Of a stretch of 64,000 nucleotides of DNA, positions 1 to 11,344 are shown one piece after another. Under the pieces are notes generated by a model, which worked only from the letters and a program-made list of their open reading frames with translations, did not search any database and was not told the origin of the DNA. The first letter of the stretch is position 1; each line of letters starts with the position of its first letter. Made by a program: the position numbers and the translations under genes. The stretch is from Torpedo marmorata (Eukaryota): NCBI GenBank assembly GCA_977017645.1, contig OZ360238.1, forward strand, positions 52,390,001 through 52,454,000, given 5' to 3'.

Positions 1-660
1 CAAAAATTGCGATGCCTGAGATGTTGCGCATTGACCGGCGTATAAGTCGACCCCCAATTTTCAGGCTGTCTGGGCCTCCCAGCAACAACCCAAAATTTGT
101 TACAACATCCCAATCGCCAAGTAACAAAGCTGTAAATTAAGCAAGTACCAGTAAGTAAAAAAAACAGTAAAAAAAACCTTTGCTTCTGGCCGGGAAGATG
201 CAGGTGCGCCAACGTCTTTCTCCCGGGCAGGAGCGGGGAGCTCGTTCTCCCGGGCAGGAGCGGGGAGCTCGTTCTCCCGGGCAGGAGCGGGGAGCTCGTT
301 CTCCCGGGCAGGAGCGGGGAGCTCGTTCTCCCGGGCAGGAGCGGGGACCTCGGGCTCTACAATTGCAGAATGTCTGGGTGGTTTATGGCGGCGCCCGGCG
401 TTGGGGAGGTGTCGGGGAGCGGCGGCGCCGGCGGTGGGGAGGCGCTTCCAGGGTCGACCTATACGCCGAATCGTGTTTTCAGGGGTCGACTTATACGCCG
501 AATCGTGTTTTCAGGGGTCGACTTATACGCCGAATCGGCGTGAACTCGATTTTGAGCTGATTTTAAGGTCTCAAAAGTATATCCGGCGTATAAGTCGACC
601 CCCGTTTTTTGAGACATTTTTGAGGGTTTCAAGGGTCGACTTATACGCCGAAATATACGG
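1..660. mobile_element. Right end of a non-autonomous Tc1/mariner-superfamily (pogo/Tc2-like) DNA transposon
   Basis: Ends ...GCCGAAATATACGG followed by TA (661-662), i.e. TIR CCGTATATTTCGGCG. Motif GTCGACTTATACGCCG recurs in both orientations (about 36, 453, 485, 517, 584, 634). Abuts the L1 at 663; left end is outside the window. Confidence 0.7.
220..352. repeat. 27-bp GC-rich tandem repeat (about 5 copies) inside the DNA transposon
   Basis: TCTCCCGGGCAGGAGCGGGGAGCTCGT repeated; explains the SPGQERGAR ORF repeat. Confidence 0.95.
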
Positions 661-662
661 TA

Positions 663-2820
663 AATCCTTCCAACTTTCTAAATCTTTTTTAATTTTCACA
701 AATAAATGGTAAATAATTTAATTTATATAAATTAGCTATTTTTGTATCAATCTTTATTCCCAAATATTTAATTCCTTCCTTTGACCATTTAAATTATGTA
801 ATTTCTTTACATTTACTATAATCCCCTTGTGTCAATGCCATAATTTCACTTTTATCAGAATTAATCTTATAACCAGATATTTCCCCATATTCTTTCAATA
901 AAACAGTCAATTGTATTAAAGTAGTAGTAGGTTTTTCATATAAATCAATACATCATCTGCAAATAAACTAATTTTATGCTCTTCTCTTCCAACTTTAATA
1001 CCTGGAATCTTAGTATCTTGTCTAATTAATTCTGACAAAGGTTCTATTGCTAAAATAAACAATGCAGACGACAAAGGACATCCTTGTCTAGTTGACCGAG
1101 TCAAAGAAAATTTTGAAGAAATTTGTCCATTTGTCACCACTCTGGCAGATGGTTCTTTATATATAGTTTTAATCCAATTAATAAATGTAGTTCCAAAACC
1201 ATATTTCCCCAATACCTTAAATAAATAATTCCACTCTAATCTGTCAAAAGCCTTTTCAGCATCTAATGTTAATACTAATGCTAGATCCTCTTTTTTTTGT
1301 GCCACATTAATTAAACTAATTAATCTAGCTATATTATCTTTTGAGTATCTATTCTTAATAAAACCAGCTTGATCTACATGGATTAAATCTGGTAAATATT
1401 TAGCCACTCTATTTGCTTAAATTTTTGCCATTATCTTATAATCCACATTTAACAATGAAATTAGTCTATATGATTCTGTTTTCAACACATCTCTATCTTT
1501 TTTTTGGGTTTTACTGTAATTATTGCATTCGAAAATGTTTCCGGTAACAAATGAGTTTCCGTTATTTGTTTCAACACATCCATATATGGAGGCATCAATA
1601 AATCTTTAAACTCCTTATAAAATTCTGATGGGAAACCATCCTCCCCTGGAGATTTTCCACTCGTTAAAGAACTAAGAACATCATTAACTTCCCTCATCGA
1701 AAAAGACAAATCTAAAAGTTCTTTACTTTGAGTATTTAATCTAGGTAACTTAAATTTAGATAGGAATTCATTAATTTTAGAATCATCTTTATCAATTTGA
1801 AATTTTCTATAAATTCAAATAAAATTCCTTAAAGGAATCATTTATTTCGAGGTTTATATGTTATTTTCTTGGAATTCTTTTTTATAGCATTTATAGTTCG
1901 GAGGTTTGTTCTTTCTTTAATTGCCACGCCAACACTTTATGCGCTCTTTCTCCCAATTCATAATATCTTTGCTTAGTTCTTTCAATTAATTTTTCCATTT
2001 TATATGTTTGTAACGTATTATAAAGCAATTTTTTTCCAATTAAATTTTTCCTCTTTTCTTCTGATCTCTTTTTCTTCAAGTCCTTCTCCAAGAATTCAAT
2101 CTCCCTCTCCAAATTATTTACTTCTCGAACATATTCCTTCTTAACTTTTGCTGAATAACTTATTATTTGGCCTCTTAAATAAGCCTTTAAGGCTTCCCAA
2201 ATAATAAATTTATTATCAATCGAGTTAAAATTAATCTGTAAAAATTCTTGAATTTCTCTTCATATATAATTATAAAAATCCATTATTTTTAATAAAGAGG
2301 AATTAAATCTCCACCTATATATAGTTTTTTCTTTTTCTGGAATTATACAAGACATTAATAAAGGCGAGTGATCAGAAATTATTCTTGCTTTATATTGTGC
2401 TTGAGTTACCCTATCTTGTACTTGTGAGGACAATAAAAACATATCTATCCTAGAATATGAGTCATGCCTAAAAGAATAAAAAGAATAATCTTTTTCTCTT
2501 GGATTCAACTTTCTCCAAATATCTATTAAATTTAAATCTTTCATCAAAATAAGAATTCTTTTAGCAATTTTAGTTTTGATAATTGATTTTGATGTTTTAT
2601 CCATTATCGGATCTAAACAACAATTAAAGTCCCCACCAATTAAAATATTATCATTAGCTTCTGACAAATGCATAAAAGAATCTTGAATGAATTGTTCATC
2701 TTCCACATTTGGTACATATATATTCATAAGTGTCCACATTTCTGAATATATCTGACAATGTATTAAAACATATCTTTCTGACACATCTCTAACCACAGAT
2801 TGTATTTTAAAAGGTAACTA
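663..2820 (-). mobile_element. Degraded L1/Tx1-like LINE ORF2 (endonuclease C-half + RT)
   Basis: ORF pieces with GGDFN, SRIDMF, SDH (EN) and LDAEKAFD, QGCPLS, FADD (RT), broken by frameshifts and stops; visibly the same family as 16079-19446. Confidence 0.92.
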
Positions 2821-2832
2821 TTTATTAACTAT

Positions 2833-3712
2833 TTGCCAGGGTTTCTGATGTCATACCAAACTTCCGCAAACTCCTGAGGAAGTGAGGCTCTGACGTGCTT
2901 TCTTCACGATGCCATTAGTGTGTTGGGTCCAGGAAAGATCCTCCAAGATAGTGACTCGCAAGAACTTAAATTTGCGCACCCTCTCTGCCTCTGATCCCCC
3001 AATGATCACTGGATTGTATACCTGTCTTTCTCTTCCTGAAGTCAACAATCAGCTCCTTAGTTTTGGTGACATTGAGTGCAAGGTTGTTGTTGGTGCACCA
3101 TTCAGCCAAGTTTTCAATCTCCCTCCTGTATGCTGACTCATCACCTTCCTTTATACAACCCACCACAGTGGCAAATTTGTAGATGGTGTTATTGTCGTAC
3201 CGAGCCACATAGTCGTAGGTGTAAAGTGAGTAGAGCAGGGGGCTAAGAACACAGCCCTGTGGTGCTCCGGTACTGATGGAGATTGTGGTGGTGATGTTCT
3301 TGCCAATCCTCACTGATTGTGGTCTGGAGGTGAGGAAATCCATGATCCAAATACACAGTGGGGTGTTGAGTCCCAGGTCTTGGACTTTGCTGATCAGTTT
3401 TGAGGGGATAATGGTGTTAAATGCCGAACTGCAGTCGATAAAGAGCATCCTGATGAATGCATCTTTACTGTCCAGGTGTTTGAGGGCTTTATATAGAGCC
3501 AGTGAGATGGCATCTGCCGTAGACCTGTTGCTACAATAGGCGAACTGGAATGTATCCATGTCACCGCTCAGACAGGAGCTGATATGCTTCAACACCAGCC
3601 TTTCAAACACTCCATCATTGTTGATGTTAGTGCTACTGGTCGATAGTCATTAAGGCAGGTTACTACACTCTTCTTGGGCACCGGTATGGTTGATGCCTGT
3701 TTGAAACAGGTG
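2833..3712 (-). mobile_element. Rex1/Babar-type LINE RT fragment
   Basis: [51 protein letters not shown]. Confidence 0.88.
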
Positions 3713-4024
3713 AGTTAACAGGTGTCACCTGGATTCCTTAACAATTACAGATGCATCAATGAATATATCCTGTGAGGATGCATCACTGCATGGTACAGGA
3801 ACTCTTCCACCCAAGAACATAAGAAACTGCAGAAAGTTACAAACAAGGCAGAGACCATCACACAAACCCTCCATCTACATCTCCCACTGCCTTGGAAAAA
3901 TAGCTAACATATTAAAGACTCATCCCACCTTGACCACACTCTCTTCCCACCCTACCATCAGGAAGAAGATTCATAAATACGAGATTACATAGCACCAGAT
4001 TCAAGGGGTTAGACTCCTGGATAG

Positions 4025-4570
4025 AACTATAGAACCATAGAACACTACAGCACAGAAAACAGCCCATTCGGCCCTTCTAATCTGTGCCGAAACATCATTC
4101 TGCTAGTCCCACTGACCTGCACCCATTCCATAACCCTCCAGACCTCTCCCATCCATGTATCTATCCAATTTATTCTTAAAACTTAAGAGTGAGCCCGCAT
4201 TTACATCAGATGGCAGCTCGTTCCACACTCCCACCACTCTGAGTGAAGAAGTTCCCCCTAATGATCCCCCTAAACCTTTCCCCTTTCACCCTAAAGCCAT
4301 GTCCTCTCGTATTTATCTCTCCCAATCTAAGTGGAAAGAGTCTACTCGCATATACTCTGTCTATACCCCTCATAATTTTGTAAACCTCTATCAAATCTCC
4401 CCTCATTCTTCTACGCTCCAAGGAATCAAGTCCTAACCTGTTTAATCTTTCCATGTAACTCAACTCCTGAAGACCCGACAACATCCTAGTAAATCTTCTC
4501 TGCACTCTTTCAATCTTACTGATATCCTTCCTGTAGGTTGGCGACCAGAACTGCACACAATACTCCAAAT
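4025..4570 (-). mobile_element. CR1 LINE 3' end
   Basis: EYCVQFWSP...LERRRMRGDLIEVYK...TRGH motif and short-repeat tail (GAACTATA/GAACCATA) at about 4025. Confidence 0.9.
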
Positions 4571-6528
4571 TTTTCTAAATTGCTGCAGACTTCCATGCTT
4601 CTTTCCATGTTAGGATCGACATTTAGATAAAAATCCTTGGCGGCTTCAACAAGTTTAAATCCTTCTTCAAGTTCTTTTATAGTGATTTCTTTAGCCGTAT
4701 TTTCAGCTGTTTCACCCTCTGTCTTCAGCTGCTTCAAATGCACGTTGCTCATCGAGTTGAAGATGATCATTTTCGCTTAATTCTTCTACATGCGAATCAA
4801 GCAATTCTCGCACATTTTCTGTATCCACGTCAAAACATACGTTACTTCCAATAGCAGTTAACTCTTCAATTATTTTGTCCGTGGGACTGAAGCCAAGAAA
4901 ATCATTTGCACAACAGGGCAAAAGATATTTCCAAACTGCTCGCATATTGCTGGAAGTAACCTCTTGCCAGGAAAGTTTAATGTTTTCAATGGTAAATCAC
5001 GAAAATCTGTAGACACCGTGGTTTTAGTAAAAACACAAAATGCTGGAGAAGCTCAGCAGGTCAAACAGCGTCCTTTATGTAGCAAAAGTAAAGATACATA
5101 ACCGACATTTCGGGCTTGAGCCCTTCATCAAAGTATGAGAAAATGCCAGCAGGCGTCCGAACAAAAGAATGGGGGGGGTGGGTGGCCTGCTTTATATTGT
5201 ATTTCTTCCAAAATTCTGTACATAAAATTCCATTTTCTCCTGATGTTGCTTGAAGTGCTTGTGCAAAAGTCCTTCGAAGATAATATGCTTTGAATGATGC
5301 AAGAGTTCCTTGGTCCATCGGTTGCAATAATGATGTTGTATTCGGTGGTAGAAACACAACTTTTACATTTTCATTCAAATCTCCCAATGAAGTAGGATGT
5401 CCTGGAGCATTATCTAACAGCAAGAGCGCTTTAAAGCTAAGGTTATTATTCTTGCAATATTTTTCAACTGTTGGACAAAAATACAAAATGAACCAGTCTT
5501 CAAAAAGTTCCTTGGTTATCCATGCTTTTTTTATTAGCACGCCAAATAACTAGTAGTTTGACTGCTAGTCCCTTTTAAAGCACGGGGATTCAGAGTACGG
5601 TACACTAGCATAGGCTTAAGTCCCCTTCTGCATTGCCTCCTAATAAAAGGGTAAGTCGATCTTTCGAAGCTTTGTATCCTGGTTGAGATACTTCATCTTT
5701 AGCTAAAAAAGTTTTTGTTGGCATTCTTTTCCAGAATAGGCCTGTTTCATCAACATTAAATATTTGCCTATCATCGTAATTGCCTTCTTCAACAATTTTG
5801 AAAAATTTCTGGAAATTTTGCAGCAGCATTTTTATCAGCGCTAGCAGCTTCCCCTGTAAATCTTACGTTATGTAATCCTGTTCGATGTTTAAAGCGGTCA
5901 AACCAACCTAAACTTGCAGCAAAAGTTTCCGTATCCCCATGAAATTTATTTTCTTTAAGCATCGAAATGAAACATTGAATGTTTTTTGTACAAAGTGGTA
6001 TTCGCTTTTGGTTACAATCTTCAATCCAAAGATGAAGTAGCCATTTCATTTCAATCATTAATGGACTTCTGTTTCGAGTAATTTGCATGCTTAAAGAAAC
6101 TGATGCAATTTTACCTTGTTCTTTATATTCGTGCTTCTTACTTAAAATTGTGCGTACCGTTGACTCGTTGTAGCCCAGATCGTGTCCGATTTTCTCATTG
6201 CTGGCACCGTCTTCATGTCGTTTAATAAGTTCATGTTTTTCTTCTAAAGTAATTGCTTTTCTTTTCCTTTTAATATCACTGTCAAGATTCTTTTCCACAT
6301 TTTCTTTTATCCATATTTAATAGGGGGCAAACACTGAGTTTGACTGTCATTTGTGCATATTTTATTTAGGGCCGTTCACACTTGTAACTCGAGTTTTCCA
6401 GAAATTTCCAGAAAGATCTCGTGGTAACTAAATAATTACACGCGTAAAACAGGAAATGGTCGCAGTTTTCCAAATCGCGGTAACTGAATTTCGCGTTGAT
6501 TGAAGTAGCTTATAGCAGGGTTTGCCTG
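4571..6528 (-). mobile_element. Tigger/pogo transposon, frameshifted and missing its 3' end
   Basis: HTH (KRKAITLEEK, GWFDRFK) and DDE (FNVDETGLFWK, LLLLDNAPGH, FLPPNTTSLLQPMDQG) ORF pieces; 5' TIR CAGGCAAACCCTG next to TA at 6529-6530. Confidence 0.9.
4992..5184 (-). mobile_element. Penelope-derived short element (pLTR fragment) with hammerhead-like core, inserted in the Tigger
   Basis: Minus strand TTTGATGAAGGGCTCAAGCCCGAAATGTCGGT; matches the pLTR at about 44830-44985. Confidence 0.8.
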
Positions 6529-6580
6529 TATAATACTCCAAGTTGGGCCTAACCAAAATTCTATATAGCTACAAAATCAA

Positions 6581-7385
6581 GGTTCAAGGTTCCTTTTATT
6601 GTCATGTCATAATACATTAAAAATATAACAAACATTATGTACTTTTTAAACTTTTGCCGTCATAAGGCAGACAGAGTCACCATTAGTATTGCCTGGCACC
6701 ACTTACACTATGTGAGAAAGAGAAGCAAAAGAGAGTCCCTTCAGAGGCACTGAGTGTCCATGGATTCGCTTCCATGCTCGCAGCTGCACAGGCTCCTGTT
6801 AGATTCATCGGCAACCCGAGCTCCAAATCCAAACCTCCAACATGATCAGGAAGCCTTCAGCGCCCAAGGCCCTTTGGGAGCCCTTCTTGCCCGCAACACC
6901 CCCTCAGATCCAAGCTCTAATACCTGGTTCCTATGAGCCATGGTCCAGCAGCCCATGCGGGTATACCCGACTGCAAGTCGCCAACAGCTCACAGCCTCTG
7001 TGTGTCCTTCAGCTGCTGAGTCCCTCACTGGTCTGCTCTGATGGTCACCGTCCTGTAGGTCTTTCAACCACTGAGCCCCTCGCTGGTCTGCTGCCGTGTT
7101 CACCATCCTGTAGAGTTCGTCTCCCATGTTACTTCTTCTCAATGGGGAGGGGGTGATCTTCCCGTTTCTAGTGCCCTGCACCGGTCTACTACTCTCCCGG
7201 AGTCTGCAACCCCTCATGGCTGCTGCCAAGCACAGGCACCAACATCTTGGGCACAGACCTCGCAGTTGCAGGATTTCACATAAACACCTTCGGCTCCTTC
7301 AACAGGCTGTTTAAAGCCTGCAGAGCCACCGGCATTAGGATCGGGCAGCTGAAACCTTCAGAGCAGCGGTGTGTCTCCGCTCTCC
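6581..7385 (-). mobile_element. Unclassified retroelement with LINE-type 3' tail, interrupting a CR1
   Basis: Minus strand ends GACAATAAAAGGAACCTTGAACCTTGA (polyA signal + short-repeat tail); CR1 sequence on both sides; no recognisable ORF. Confidence 0.45.
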
Positions 7386-7825
7386 TTACGACTTCCTTAT
7401 TCTTGTACTCAATGCACCAACTAATGAAGGCAAGCATGTCATATGCCTTCTTTACCACCCTATCTACTTATGTGGGCACTTTTGGGGAGCTATGGACTTA
7501 AGACCCCCAGATCCCTCTGCACAGCAATGCTGTTAAGGATGCTACCATTAACTGTATACGCTCCCCTTACATTTAACGTCCCAAAGTGCAACACCTCACA
7601 TTTGCTCAGATTACATTCCATCTGCCATTTCTTCACCCATATCTCTGATATATATCCTATAATCACAGACAAGGGTCTCAACACAGATTCCTGTGCAACA
7701 CTATTGGTCACAGACCTCCAGCCAGTAGAGCACTCTTCCACCACTACCCTGTCATCTATGGGAAGGCTATTCTGAATCCAAATGATCAATTCACCATGGA
7801 TCTCATGCATCTTTACCTTCTAGAT
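7386..7825 (-). mobile_element. Degraded CR1 RT fragment
   Basis: WIQNSL, WQMECNLSKCEVLHFG, QRDLGV, VKKAYDMLAFI. Confidence 0.8.
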
Positions 7826-8403
7826 CAGGGGCAGGCAACCTTTAACCATGCGTGGGCCAGATGGTGTGTCAGTGGTTGAACGGCGGGCCGCACTGAAATT
7901 TTAAAATGCACTCATTCACTCAGATTTCAAGATACATGCATTCACATTACAATACAAATATTTACATATGCACAAATTAACTGAAGTGGACATATATTGA
8001 AAAATCTACACTCAATAATGCAGGGGCGTATCTACGCAAAATAGCGCCTATGGCAGGAGTGGCGAATGCGTCAAAATAATGACGACAAGGAGGTCTCGTG
8101 AGAGCTGGCCTTGGTGGCCGCCATGTTGTATTTGGCATTGTATAATTGAGAGCGAATGGTAGGACGACGAAGGGTATACGGAGTGTAGAAGAAACAGGTG
8201 TGTGTTCCTTGTATGTCCAGGGGGAGGGGGGGGTGGCGGTAGCGGCGCTGACTGGGGGGGGGGGGTGTGTCAGACTTTCCCCGAACGGACAGTAGGCAGC
8301 GCATACCTATACTTGTATCGGCGGGCCGGGTGCACATGGTACTTTTGCATTGGGTTGCGGGCTGGATAAATCCGGCCCGCGGGCCATAGGTTGCCCACAC
8401 CTG
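7826..8403. mobile_element. hAT (Charlie-like) MITE
   Basis: TIRs CAGGGGCAGGCAACC / GGTTGCCCACACCTG; 8-bp TSD TTCTAGAT / TTCTCGAT. Confidence 0.85.
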
Positions 8404-9150
8404 TTCTCGATCAACTTATCGTGAGGAACTTCGTCCAATTAAACATTGATGCAAAAATTTGTTTGAGGGGCAGGGTGGGGAATGTTGTGCAGGTGCACTT
8501 GCTTGATGAACTACAACAAAGAGGCAAGGAAGCTTGAAAACGAAAATCCAAACCATTTCTACTTTGACTTGTAATTTAGACCTTGCATTACAACACTACA
8601 AACTCTGGACAACCAAAAGCAAAGTGCTGGAAGAACTCAGCAGTTCAAGCAGCATCCAGAGGAAGGAACTGTTGATATTTTTTGTCGAGACCCTCCAGCA
8701 GTTTGTTTTTGCTGCAGGTTCCAGCATCAGTTTTGTGTCTCTATTTCAGAAGTAATTCTGTAAAAATGTGTTTTTTTTATTTTCTTTACACCAAACACTT
8801 GCAAAATAATATTTCTATGAAATCCTACATTCCCCTTTTCTCAGACAACTGCTGAACCACAGGAATCAATTTCACGAACATTTGCTACTTCACCTTCAAA
8901 GTTTCCCCTTCCAAAATAAGACCAAAATTCAACACAGAAATCCAAGTGTGGTCTCACCAATAGTACAATTACAGCAAGACTTCTTTACTCTTAATTTCCA
9001 TCACATTTGTTATGATTACTGTACTCGCATGTTAAGTTTTGCTTCTTATGGAACAGACATTTCAATGTCAGTCTACTTGTCTATGATAATCTCACATTTT
9101 CCTTACATCTTCCAAATTTTGCTGAACACATTGTAGTCAACAATACTTAC

Positions 9151-9186
9151 CCATTTCTTCACTTGACACGTCTCATTATATCATTC
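9151..9186 (-). other. Candidate 36-nt micro-exon of the leftward transcript
   Basis: Minus strand tttgtgatatttag|GAATGA...GAAATGG|gtaagtat: canonical acceptor and consensus donor in non-repeat DNA. Confidence 0.35.
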
Positions 9187-10130
9187 CTAAATATCACAAA
9201 CACATAGCATGTACCATGCTTTTATGTACATACTCATCTTAATCTGCTTCACGTCTGCCCCTTGTGCAATCCATCCCATTATAAAATATCGTTTTGTTCA
9301 GTATCATTTGTCTCTCCACACCCACTGTGCACAGCATTTTTTAATTTTGCATTTGCATATTCAATTCACTGGCAAATTAGGCCAGCACCCCCTCCCACCA
9401 AGAAAAGCTAGAGAAACTTGGTCCTGACCAGATGCCAGGACAAGGGCAGTGAAAGGAAAATATCTGACATTTGTCAGAAAGAGCGAGACATGGCATAATT
9501 GTCACGTGCAGCAGGCAAACCTTTTAGGATTGTTTTCTTTTTCAGTTATTGCGACACACAAAAAAAGCTCATGGCATTAATTTCTATGTTAACAGACAAC
9601 TGTGTTATTTAAGAAACAAATGGCAAGAACAGGGATTTTTCTTTTTAAATAACAACTTGTCAATTTTGAAGTACAAAATTCAAGGATTCTGTGAAGACAA
9701 GATTAAGCACAATTGTTTAAACACTAACAAAATGGAACCTACAAGTAGAATCAAAAACTGCACAATTTGGGTAGCATTAAATAAAACCCTCTCCAATGAG
9801 TTACGTGCCTGAACAAACAGTTTTTAATTATTAAAAAGGTCACTTCAGAATAAAGTAAAAAAATGCAATGATTGCTAATCACTGGATAAATGAGTGTCTA
9901 TTATCAGCTCTGAGGGGGATGTCCTTACCCAACCTATAAGCTGTAACTCAATTATTTTACATTGAGGGATATAAAACTCCCAAATAAGATTAAAGGGCAG
10001 TACAATTACAGAAATTTAAAAACACCTTTAAACACAAATGAATGATAGGGAACAATATATCCCTGCAAAAAAAAAAAACAATGACAGTAGATGTAATTAT
10101 TTAAGAAAAATCAAAAGTGCGATTTGATAT

Positions 10131-10270
10131 TCTCATACTTTGATGAAGGGCTCAAGTCTGAAACGTCGGTTATGTATTTCTACCTTTACTACATAAAAGA
10201 CCTGCTGAGTTCCTCCAGCATTTGTGTTTTTTACTTCAACCACGGTGTCTACAGATTTTCGTGTTTTACT
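10131..10270 (+). mobile_element. Penelope-derived short element with hammerhead-like core
   Basis: TTTGATGAAGGGCTCAAGTCTGAAACGTCGGT; flanked by TTTGATAT direct repeat (10123-10130 / 10271-10278). Confidence 0.8.
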
Positions 10271-10589
10271 TTTGATATCTCAAGAAATGAAGTAGATTGG
10301 CGGCCCCCGTCGAATGATCATTTTCCTGTTGCAGTGACGGGAGTTCAGAAACAGAAGAGCAAAACTCCTGCAAAGCCAGCTTGGCTGTGGGGGGATTTGC
10401 GTCAAAATCATCTCCGAATTCCTCAATGCTTTTCAGCACAGGGAGGTGATTGTGGTGAAGATTTGTGGAGTACAAGGCGAGTGGCCAAGGGAGAGAGACA
10501 CACACAGAGGGGAAATAATATATATAAACCGTCTCCTGTACACAAAATAAAAGGACAATATGGTACTGGAGGAGTTTAAGTTCAGGGCA

Positions 10590-11290
10590 CAATGTGCCGA
10601 TGTTTCAGAAGGAGAATGCACCCGAGGGTGCGCGCACGTGTGGCCGCTCGCTGGTGTCCGTCCATCGAGTTTGAAACTAGTTGGAAGTTAACGTTTAAAG
10701 GCGCAGCGTCATTACCGCCAACCCCGAGCACTTCCCGCCATGTAACCGCCTCTCCCGGCTATCCGGCCTCGTCAATGAGATGCAGACCGATGCCCGGCGA
10801 AGCCAGCCGCTCACGACCGAGGCCGCCATCGTGCAGCCTGAACATACTCCCCACCAGGCCCCGGCCGCCCGAGGGAGGAGGGGGCAGGCCGGCCGCCGCG
10901 CGGCCTACAAACGCCGGGCCGCTCCCCACTCTCTCTCACACGCACCCCGCTAGACCCTCGTTCCGTTATCGCACGCCTGACGAGAGAGAGAAAAAATACT
11001 TGCCCGATGGCCCCCCCCCCGCAAACCTCCGGCGGATGGCAGAATGGCGACGGTCGGCACCAGGCCCCTCCCAGCCCCTGCATGGAGGGCTGTGAGTAGA
11101 ACGAGTAGGCACCCGCGACCTTTTTTTTAGCACTGCGCATGCTCGTAGGGTAGAGGAGCAGAATGCATCATGGGACTTGTAGTGCTTAGCGAACTCCCCG
11201 AGCATGAGAGTGAAAGGGCCAGGTGACTACGGTTCCCACAATGCATTTTGCTAGCGAGAGAGGCCATGAGGTTGGGCTCGGTTGCTGTGA
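10590..11290. promoter_or_regulatory. CpG-island promoter, probably of the leftward gene (NUTF2 by synteny), possibly bidirectional
   Basis: High CpG; two oppositely oriented ZNF143/THAP11 motifs (TGCATCATGGGACTTGTAGT 11164-11183; ACTACGGTTCCCACAATGCA 11226-11245); NRF1-like TGCGCATGC about 11134; YY1-like CCGCCAT about 10735. No NUTF2 coding exon recognised in the window. Confidence 0.8.
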
Positions 11291-11344
11291 AGTTCAGTCA
11301 GATTGGTCGTTTAAAGTGTTGATTTTTTAAAAAAAAATATGGTT

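Noticed and set aside
180-712. ORFs with SPGQERGAR and VDLYAE repeats
   Set aside because: Translations of tandem repeats in a DNA transposon end.
10592-11205. Several 80-170 aa ORFs in the CpG island
   Set aside because: Stop-poor GC-rich DNA with no recognisable domain.
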